IMG/VR virus record: IMGVR_UViG_3300020404_000127
Coordinates: 1 to 24,192 of that record
Reading direction: 5' to 3' (one strand)
DNA: 24,192 nucleotides
Source of the DNA: a virus
Lineage: Duplodnaviria > Caudoviricetes
Each line of letters opens with the position of its first letter. Position 1 is the stretch's first letter. The translations under genes and the position numbers were made by a program. Below are positions 1-9,600 of the stretch, piece by piece. A model generated the notes under the pieces. It had not been told where the DNA came from. It saw nothing but the letters and a program-made list of their open reading frames with translations, and did not search any database.

Positions 1-3000
1 GTATATGCTGTTACTAATGTAGAGGTTGATAAGGTTACATTTGTAAGCACTCTTGCTGCTAACACATTTAGTGTTGGAGATTTAGTTAGGGATGCTGGTG
101 GTGGTGTTTTTGCAAGTACAGTTACAGGATCAACAACAGTTGTTGCTGGAGCAAATGCTAATTACACTGGTGTCGCAGTATCTTCAACAACAGGAAATGG
201 TGTTGGTGCAACATTCGATGTTACCAGAGATGCAAATGGTGATGTCTTATCTGCAGTTGTTACCACAGGATCTGAAGGTTACTTCTATGCAGTAGCAGAT
301 ACAGTTACACTGGCAGGAGCAGATGTTGGTGGTTCAACTCCTGCTGATAACATTACAATATCAATAAGTAACGTTACCACTGCTGGTACTCCAACTAAAA
401 TTCAAAAAGTTGCGACAGCTGCTGGTAATATTTCTTATATTGTTCTGGATACTTTTGGTTTCCAAGATGGGTTTGCTCTTGTAAAAGATTCTGCACCTTC
501 CACAGCGTATGTTATTAACACTGCTGTTACTGAGTATCGTTGGTTTATAGATCTTAATGATGGTAATGGAGCAGTGATGACTCCTTCTTGGACAGTGTAT
601 TCTGGTAACAGTTATACATTTGATTTAAGTGACAACTCAAATGCTGCTCATGATTTTGCTCTATCTAAATTCCCTGATGGTAGATGGGCACCTAGTAGAG
701 TTGAAGGTGTCAATACAACATTAACTGCTAGTTCACCATCTATTACAGTCAACTCTACATCTGGAATTCAAGCAGGAATGACTGTTGAGAAGGTGTCTGG
801 AGATGGTATTCTTGATGATGGTACAATTGTACTAACAGTTGTCAATGCAACTACAATTACATTAAGTAAAAATCCAACCACTGCTGGAGCAGTTGAACTC
901 AACTTCTTTGGTGCAACATATACAGATGGTGTAACTGTAGATGGAACAAACCTTACAGTTAAGATTTCAGATACTACACCTAATCTTCACTACTTCTGTA
1001 ATATAGAAAACATAGATCATCAGAACGAAGGTGGTGATGACAATGAGGAAGCATTAATTACAGTAAGTACAAACAACCCTAAGACATTTGGTAGTGGTCT
1101 TGAGATAACAGTTACTGATGTTGTTGTACAAGAAGTTGTAAAAGGATTAGTAGATGATGGTCAATTTAGTGTACAGAAATTAGTAGCACCAGATGCAGAT
1201 ATAACTGCTGCTCTTATTGCAAATGCAACTGTCAGTGCGACTGCAACTCTTGCTGCTACTGTAACAAGTTCTATTACTGCAGCTGCAAATGAGAACCTAT
1301 CTCTTGCGGTTACAGATCCGTTAACAAACAGTCTTTCTGTAGATGCAGCTGGTCTTAATGTAGGATCCACAATTCAAATTGCAGCAACGAGTGGTAATGT
1401 CACAGCATCTGGAGAGTTCAAAGGATCTTCTGTAAGTGTTGGTGACTATCTTAAGTTACTCAGTTCTAACAATAGTTTAACATCTCTTGGTGGATATGAT
1501 GTTGTTCTTGCACCTGATACAGGAAGAATTACAGATGTCTTAACTAATACTGCTATTGCTATTCCTGTTGGTGATACAGCACAAAGACCAGTTGCTGGTA
1601 TCGTGAAAGATGGATGTATTAGATACAATACAGATACAAATCAATATGAGGGATATAGTTCTAACTCTGCATCTTGGTCATCTCTAGGTGGTGTAAGAGA
1701 CTTGGATGGTAATACTACTATTCTAGCAGAAGAAACTATTGGTGCTAACGATAATACTTTATGGTTTATTAACGATAACGCTAATACAATTAGAGTTACA
1801 CCAAATCATCTTGAGTTTGTAAACATGAAGAAGATACGTTCTGTGAGTGTAACTGCTCCTGCGTATTCAGAGTGGACAGCAAATACTCCTGTAACGTTAG
1901 GTCAATATGTCAAGTACAAAAATAACTTATATGAAGTAACACAGGCTGGTACAACTGCAACAAGTGGTAGTGAACCAGTTCATACATCTGGTGCATTACA
2001 AAATGGTAGTTGTGAACTTACATATTCACAGTTGGCAGTTGCTCCTCTAGTATTTGAAGATATATCAGAGTTACAAATAGGACCTCTAGGAAGTCTTCCT
2101 TTGGTTGTAAATGGTGATCTAAGATTATTTGATAATGTTATTACTACAGATGTTAATGATCTATTACTAAGACCTAATTCTGGTAAGAGAGTTACAATAG
2201 ATGCAGCAACATCTATCGTAATTCCTAACGGAACTACAGCTGAAAGAGGAACAGCTGAGCAAGGATCTATTAGATTCAACACAACAACATTTACTTACGA
2301 AGGTTATGATGGAACTAACTGGGGTTCACTTGGTGGAGTAAAAGACGTTGATCAAAACACTTATATTATTCCTGAGACTGCACCTGGTGCAAATGAGAAT
2401 ATCTTGTATTTCTACAACGATGGAAACAATACAATGCAGTTAACAACAACTGCACTTGATTTCTTCTCAGTAGATACAATTAGATCTCAGACAAGTCAAC
2501 AGTTTGAGATTACTGCAAACTTGATGACATTTAATAATGCAGATACTACATTTGATAATACAGATACAACCAAGACATTCCTACATACTTCAAAACAGTA
2601 TTTTGATCTTGGTGTTTCTACAGGTGTTTATGTAGATCCTATTCTTAGATTAGATGATCAAGGTGATGTGTATTTGAATACTGGTTTTGGAACTGGAACT
2701 TATAATGGTGTTAAAGTTTTTGATGGAGATCTAAAAGAGTTTGAACTTGCTGATGTTAAAATCTTATCTGAGACAATAACATTAGTCAAAGGATCATCAA
2801 ACAATGGTGGATCTAACATATATGAAGTTGCAACTGCGAAAGGAGCGAAGGTAGTTGTTGTTGCAGAAAACTTACAAGATGGTGAAAAAGAGTTCATTGA
2901 ATTTGGTGTCACAGATGATGGCACAGATGTATTCCATACTGAGTATGGTAACTTGAGAACAGATTATCAACTTATCGTTCCTTCGTTTGAATTTACTTCT

Positions 3001-3096
3001 AATAGCGAAGCAAGATTAAATATAGTGTTAGGAGCAAATGTTCCTTCTACTAACTCGGTGAAGATTACCTTCTCATCAACAATCACTAAGAAATAA
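1..3096 (+). CDS. Large virion structural / fibre-like protein, 5'-truncated (C-terminal 1031 codons visible)
   Basis: Frame 1 has no stop from base 1 (VYAVTNVEVDKVTF...) into the listed 574..3096 ORF, so the real start lies upstream of the window. The protein is T/G/S/V/N-rich. It has two copies of the IPxGxTAxR...G.IR(Y/F)NT...YEGY...WxSLGGVxDxD module typical of T4-like marine phage structural proteins. Confidence 0.8.
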   Translation, partial: VYAVTNVEVDKVTFVSTLAANTFSVGDLVRDAGGGVFASTVTGSTTVVAGANANYTGVAVSSTTGNGVGATFDVTRDANGDVLSAVVTTGSEGYFYAVADTVTLAGADVGGSTPADNITISISNVTTAGTPTKIQKVATAAGNISYIVLDTFGFQDGFALVKDSAPSTAYVINTAVTEYRWFIDLNDGNGAVMTPSWTVYSGNSYTFDLSDNSNAAHDFALSKFPDGRWAPSRVEGVNTTLTASSPSITVNSTSGIQAGMTVEKVSGDGILDDGTIVLTVVNATTITLSKNPTTAGAVELNFFGATYTDGVTVDGTNLTVKISDTTPNLHYFCNIENIDHQNEGGDDNEEALITVSTNNPKTFGSGLEITVTDVVVQEVVKGLVDDGQFSVQKLVAPDADITAALIANATVSATATLAATVTSSITAAANENLSLAVTDPLTNSLSVDAAGLNVGSTIQIAATSGNVTASGEFKGSSVSVGDYLKLLSSNNSLTSLGGYDVVLAPDTGRITDVLTNTAIAIPVGDTAQRPVAGIVKDGCIRYNTDTNQYEGYSSNSASWSSLGGVRDLDGNTTILAEETIGANDNTLWFINDNANTIRVTPNHLEFVNMKKIRSVSVTAPAYSEWTANTPVTLGQYVKYKNNLYEVTQAGTTATSGSEPVHTSGALQNGSCELTYSQLAVAPLVFEDISELQIGPLGSLPLVVNGDLRLFDNVITTDVNDLLLRPNSGKRVTIDAATSIVIPNGTTAERGTAEQGSIRFNTTTFTYEGYDGTNWGSLGGVKDVDQNTYIIPETAPGANENILYFYNDGNNTMQLTTTALDFFSVDTIRSQTSQQFEITANLMTFNNADTTFDNTDTTKTFLHTSKQYFDLGVSTGVYVDPILRLDDQGDVYLNTGFGTGTYNGVKVFDGDLKEFELADVKILSETITLVKGSSNNGGSNIYEVATAKGAKVVVVAENLQDGEKEFIEFGVTDDGTDVFHTEYGNLRTDYQLIVPSFEFTSNSEARLNIVLGANVPSTNSVKITFSSTITKK
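1552..2430 (+). repeat. Two copies of a ~75-aa protein module (about 1552-1790 and 2212-2430)
   Basis: AIAIPVGDTAQRP..GCIRYNTDTNQYEGY..WSSLGGVRDLDGNTTILAEETIGANDNTLWFINDNANT aligns by eye with SIVIPNGTTAERG..GSIRFNTTTFTYEGY..WGSLGGVKDVDQNTYIIPETAPGANENILYFYNDGNNT. Confidence 0.85.
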
Positions 3097-3098
3097 AA

Positions 3099-3599
3099 AT
3101 GGCAACTACTATAGACAAGTTTGATTCAACTGGTGGTTTTTCTATTGCTAGAACCGCAGTCATTGATGAAAATAGGAATGGTAAAGATTTCAACACACTT
3201 GAAATAAAAAATTCACAATATGCAGATAGCAATACAACAACCTATATTTTGAGAGGTGTAAATACTGCATCTCTAGCATTGGATGGTGTAGGAACACAAA
3301 TTCCTATCGCTAATAATACTATGAGTTTTGTGACTGGTCATATCATAGCAGTCAATGATTCTGGTGTTGTTTTTACAAACAAACTAGAGTCTGCAGTCTA
3401 TTGCGATGGTAGTGGCAACGTTTCTGTCATGTCTACAATGGAAACAGTTATCAAGGATGATATTCCTGCTGGACAAACTTGGTCAATCGTTCCTGTAGGT
3501 GCTACAAATAGATTTTCTTACTCAACAACTAGAGCTGGTACTACTGCTACAATCAAATGGGCAGCATCAACCAGAGTTACTAGTCTAGATTGGGTTTGA
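3099..3599 (+). CDS. Probable virion structural protein (166 aa, beta-rich)
   Basis: ATG lies 2 nt after the previous stop. It shares the T/S/G/V-rich composition and codon style of the flanking structural genes and has no catalytic motif. Confidence 0.7.
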   Translation: MATTIDKFDSTGGFSIARTAVIDENRNGKDFNTLEIKNSQYADSNTTTYILRGVNTASLALDGVGTQIPIANNTMSFVTGHIIAVNDSGVVFTNKLESAVYCDGSGNVSVMSTMETVIKDDIPAGQTWSIVPVGATNRFSYSTTRAGTTATIKWAASTRVTSLDWV

Positions 3600-3603
3600 T
3601 GAT

Positions 3604-3611
3604 GCTAAATA
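3604..3611 (+). promoter_or_regulatory. Candidate T4-type late promoter (GCTAAATA, variant of TATAAATA)
   Basis: TAAATA core sits in the 52-nt intergenic gap, about 40 nt upstream of the 3652 ATG. It has two mismatches to the T4 consensus. Confidence 0.55.
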
Positions 3612-3651
3612 TAACTGAGGATAATACAGGTTCTAGGGGTTAAACTGCGAT

Positions 3652-6600
3652 ATGGCAATTCATATTAATTCCGATAAAGAAAAGTTTAGAGGTGATAAAC
3701 CCAAACTTATCGGCGATAGCGAACTCACGATACGAGGTGGGACTGGTTCTGATGAAAAAGAAATCTTAAGAACTCAGTTAGACACGAATACTGGATTGCC
3801 CCGTGTTGGTATCAACAGAACGGGTCAAAGAGTTAATGATATTAAAATCATTGCTGGTGGTTCTGGATACATATCACCACCAACTGTAACAATTGCTGCA
3901 CCAGCTAATGGTGTACAAGCACAAGGTTCTGCTTTTATTTTTAACGGTCAAGTAGTTTCAGTTGCTGTTAACAATCCTGGTTCTGGATATACACAGGCAC
4001 CGCTAGTTACATTATCTGGTGGTGGTGGTGTTGGTGCTTCTGTGGAAGCATTACTCGATACTGTTGATTTTGAACTTGACATCAACGGTGCTATAAGAAC
4101 CTCAACTTCTATTATCTCTGACACTGCGAGAATCCTCAACCTAGACATTGATAACTTTGTTACTCCTAACGCAGCATTCAGAGCACCATCTCTAAAAACA
4201 TTCATTAATAATTCTGGTACTCTTTGGTCACCAAATATTATTCTACAGGATAATGCTTACAGATATTTTGGAGCAAACGTATATCAAGCATTAAACTCTG
4301 GACAAACAGGAAGCAATGCTCCTACACATACAGATGGTGTTGCAATAAATGGTGAAGTACAGTTCAAACATATTGGTTTCCGTGTTGTAGATCAAAATGC
4401 ATATGGTTACAGTGAGACAGGACCTGCAGGAGAGTTCCCTCGTTCTATCACACCTCTACTAGGTGACAGATCAGACAAGATTGCAACCACAGAATATGTT
4501 CTTAACCTAGCAACGAATGACGTTGGTGGTCGTATCTATGTGTCACAAACTATTGGTAGTGACCTTAACGATGGTCGTTCTGCTGTAAACCCAGTTAGAA
4601 CAATCAAGAAGGCAGCACAGTTAGCATGGTCAACACCTGGCGTTAAAGAAACACTTATTGTATCTGGTGGTGACTATGTAGAAGACAACCCAATATCACT
4701 ACCTCCAGATGCGTCAGTTGTTGGAGACAACTTACGTCTTGTTATTATTCGTCCTGCTAATCCTGGCAAACATATCTTCAAGTTTGGTGATAAGAACTAT
4801 GTGATTGGTGTTACCTATAGAGATAAGATTGACTCTAATGGTGATGCAGTTGCTACTTGGGACTTTGCTATGGTCTTTGACGATAAGCAAAGAGTTTTAA
4901 TTGACAAGGAAGCAAACGGAGATTTTGGAACCTCTTGGCCGATAGGTCATCAGATATTCGGACCTCAACAGTTCCGTGTTACTTTCCAGAACAACACAGG
5001 TTTAGCTACACTTGTAACTGGTTTACAGGTGGTTGGTGTTAACACTGGTGCTAGAGCATCTATTATCGCTGTTAAGTTTGATGCTGAAACTGGTGCTAGT
5101 GCATTTGTAAATGGTACAATTGATATCAAGTTAGATAGTGGTTCTTTTGTAGAAGGTGAACAATTTAATTATGTAACTTCAGTATCACATAACAACGCTT
5201 CTCCTTTATCATTAACAACATCAGGGACAACTGCCCCTAACAAAATTACATACACACAAGATCCTACAAGTGTTATTCCTGCAGGATCATATGTATATCT
5301 TTCTGATGTTGGTAATGCAAACTTCACTGCCTCTACTGGGTATTATGAAGTTGCTTTAATTGAACCAAATGACATAAACACTCCTACAGCATGGGAAGTA
5401 ACTTTTGTACCACTTCTAGGTTCTACTGGTTGGAATAATGTATTCACAGCACAGATAGAAACTTTTACAGGAACTGCTGTAGAGCAAACTTTAAACTCAA
5501 CAAGTCTTAAATCAATTAGAGCTGAGGGTGAGGTTGTATCTGTTGATGAAGATTATACATCATCATTACCTATTTCTAGAATTGATTTTTCACTACAAGG
5601 AGATCCTAGTATTGCAACTGGTGGTTTCCAAGATGAACAGTTTGGTAATGCAGAAGATCTTGGTGGTATTGTATTCTTTACGAACGCATTGGTTGGTAGA
5701 AACAATACTCACGAATTTAAAAATGGACAAGAAATTCTAATAGAAGGATTACCAACATCCAACCCAGACTTATCAGTATTAAATGGTAAGCAAAGAATTT
5801 ACAAAGTAATTGAAGATGCTGATGGTCGTTGCAGAAGATTTGTAATACCTAAAAAGTTACCAGCGATTACGGATGCTAACCTAGATCCTGGTCAATTTGC
5901 AACTGTAAAATCATTTACAAAATCTATTACTTTATCACTGTTAAACTCACCTAACAGTTTCCCAATAACTACACCCGTAGATAGAAGATTCCAAGATGCT
6001 TGTACATTCCTTAGAAATAACAGAGAGTTTATTTCTGATGAAGTTTTAGGAATTATAAATGCACAATTTGCTAGACTTCATTATTCTGTTTTTGATATAA
6101 CTGGAAGTTCATTCAAAGTATTCATTGGTCTTGCAGAACAAGAACATACTTATGTTTCTGGTGGTACAGTAACATTTGGTGGAACTACTGTTAACGTAAC
6201 TAACTTTGTTTATGATAATAATGTAACAGGTAATGCGACTATTACAACTGCTTCTCCTATTGCAGGATTAGCAGAAGATGACATCATAAAATTAGAAGGA
6301 CTTACATTAGAATGTGATGCTGGTCAAAAAATATATCCTGCATACAGTGCACCTAGTGCGTCTGGTAGTGACGGTGATGTACAGTGTAAGCAAGACGTTG
6401 TACACTTCATAAATGCCATCATAAGAGACTTAGAATTTGGTACAAACTTCAATATTATAGAAGCAGCAAAGAAATATATTGTTGGTGGTAAGATAGCATT
6501 TATTCAAGATGAAATTATTGAGAACGTACGTGCTATTGAATATGCTAGAGAGTTAGCAATTCTAGCAATGAGAAATTGGAGAACAGGAAATGGAACTCCT

Positions 6601-9600
6601 AGTGATCCAATATACACACCAAGATATTCATCCGTTCCAAGATATTTTGATGATACTGTTATAACCACAACAGCAGGAACACCAGCTTGTGCTAACGTTG
6701 CTGCAGCTATTGATACACTTTCATTCTTATGGGTTGATGTTATCAGTAACAACGCATCAGGAACATACTTAGATGCTGCGTACTTAATTTCTAGAAACAA
6801 AGTTCTTATTGCAGATCAGGCGTTGCTTGATACAGAGGCATACTTCCCACTATTGAATCTAGATGACACAGGTGAAAGAAAATGTCGTAGAGATATTAGA
6901 AAAATATTAGATGGTTTAATTAGAGACTTAGTATTAGGTGGTAACGATGGTATTCTAACAGCTGCTGAATCATATTTTACAGGAACACAATTAACAGGTG
7001 TTCAAGAAGCACAACGTGCACCAACATTATATGCAGTTGAGAGAGCAAAGTTATATGCAATCGCAGCAATGCGTAACTGGAGTGATGGTAACGTCGCAAC
7101 AGTCACACCAAATAACTCAACATACAACTCAACATCAGGTGAGTTAACTGTATCATTCCCTAATCCTGCAATCCCAGTTTCTATAGGAGACAGCGTTGCA
7201 TTTAAAGAAGATGCACTTAATTTCTCATGCACATACAATGGTGTAACAGCAAACCATCCTGGTCCTGCAAAAACAGATCCATCATATGGAAAGAGTTTCA
7301 ATGTATCAAACCTAGTAAGTAACGCTACAACCACAACAATTACATGTAACGTTGGTGATGCTGGTGTTGCTGCTGGTGTAGCACATACATTTGTTAGTGC
7401 TATAACCGATGGCACAATCATCATATACAACCCAACACAACTATCATCACCTATTCCTAAATTTGAAGATTGGAATATACTTCTCGATGCTAGTTACAGT
7501 GGTGCATCTGGAATATTATCTCCAACAAATGCAACATACAATCCTAATACTGGTGCATTAGAATTAACAGTTGGTTCTGGACATGGCGTAACTACATCAA
7601 ACGAAGTTAGAATCGCTGCAGATGCATTGACAATGACATGTGCTATGGACAACAATGTCACAGAGCACAAATATCCACAAGCTGGACAACCAGCTTACGG
7701 TAACAATAGACCAGTAACTGCAACAACTGCAACAACAATTACAGTTGATGTTGGTTTAGCAGGAGGTGAACAAACATTTACTCCAACTGATGCTACTTAC
7801 GATCCATCAACAGGTTTACTAGTATTGAACATCGGTTCTGGACATGGATTGGATATAGATGAGGGTGTCGTTATTGAAGACGATTCTCTTACATTCACAT
7901 GTACGATGGATAATAACCAAAGTCAGAAGACTTATCCTCGTGCATCCATTGACAGAATTGCTGGTAAATCAACTCCAATTGTTGCAACAACAGATGAGAC
8001 TATCACTGTTAATGTTGGAATATCTGGTGCTAACCAAACATTTACTGCAACAAACGCACAGTACGATCCTAACACAGGTGATATGATCTTGACCGTTGGT
8101 CAACATGGTTTAGGTGTCGGGCGTGGTATTGTAATTCTTGATAACTCTTTAACATTTACATGTGCACAAGACGGTAATGCAACTAACCACTCATACCCTC
8201 GTAGCACAGACCCTGCATCAGGAACCTCTAGGTCAATCTCTGCTGTTGGAGAAACACAACACACAATCTCAGACGCACCTTACACACCTGGCACAGGATT
8301 TATAACTGTTACCATTGCAAATCACAATTTCCAAAATGGTGACTATGTAAAACTAGATGACAACTCATTAACTTACACTTGTTCTCTAGATAACAACGCA
8401 ACAAATCATACTTATCCTCGTCCTACAGATTTTGCTAGTGGCAGATGGTTACAGATTTCTCAAGTAACACAAAACACATTTGATATTAATGTTGGAACTA
8501 CTGGAAATGGTGGCACACATACATTCGTCAGTGCGACATCTAATGGTTTAAAACGTCAGACAGGAACATTAACAGTTAACGTAGGAACATCATCCAACAC
8601 AACAAACCATACATTTGTAAGTGCGACTGCTGATGGTATCACACATTCTCCACAATCTGTTCACACATTTGTAAGTGCTAGTGCTGATGCTGTAAAAATA
8701 AAACCAGATGCTGTACATACATTCAAGAGAATGGATGATAACTCCGTCACTGTGTTTACAGCAGGAGCATTACCACTATGTTCTAACGTAGCAACATCTA
8801 TCAACACAATCATGGGTCTACTCACTGATGTGTTAGATGGAACAACTGCTTCTGGTTCAACCGCAAGAACATTTGGAACTCTATATGATACCGCATTAAT
8901 CACTACATTCCCTGATAGTTTCCTAACTGATGCTACAGGTAATAAAGTAGCGATTCGTGGTGACTTTGATGACTTCCCAATTATTGAGGCATCTCCATAT
9001 ACACAGAACGCATCTGTTATCTCCTTCTTAGGAGGTGGTGGTGCACTGATTGATGGATCTAAAGTTAAACAACCTAACTGCCCATTTCCTGGTCTTGAGT
9101 TAGATGGAACTGCATCATTCCCTAATCAGGGTAAGTCGATGGTTGCATCTGCATTCACGATTGTATCATTTGGTGGTACTGGATATAAAGTTATAGAAGA
9201 TGGATATACACAGTTAGTTTCTGTGTTTGTTATCTTCTGTCAAGATGGTGTCCTTTGTGAAACTGGTGGTTATGCATCTATTACTAACTCTGCTACTAAC
9301 TTCGGTACGTTTGCATTAAGAGGAACAGGATTTAGAAGAGAGTGCTACTCATTTGACCAAGGTATAATCAGTAACGTATCTGCTACACCTACAGGTAGAA
9401 CTATTCTTACTGTAACAGGATTAGGTAGAGAACCACTAGAGCACTACGTTGGTAAGATAGATGGATACAAAAACACAAATGTCAATATAGAATACTTCAT
9501 TGATGTTGTTGCTGGTGTTACTGTAGGTCCTCCATTCTCTGCACAGTTGACATTTGACGATGGTACTGGTGGTGCGATGGATCTTACAGATCTATCTACT

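Noticed and set aside
574-576. Start of the 840-aa ORF at 574
   Set aside because: The frame is open and coding-like from base 1, so 574 is an internal GTG and the gene starts upstream of the window.
8518-8690. Near-identical CAYACATTYGTMAGTGC direct repeats as a possible CRISPR or DGR template/variable repeat
   Set aside because: They are in-frame HTFVSA codons differing at synonymous sites, with irregular spacing. No cas or reverse transcriptase gene is present in the window.
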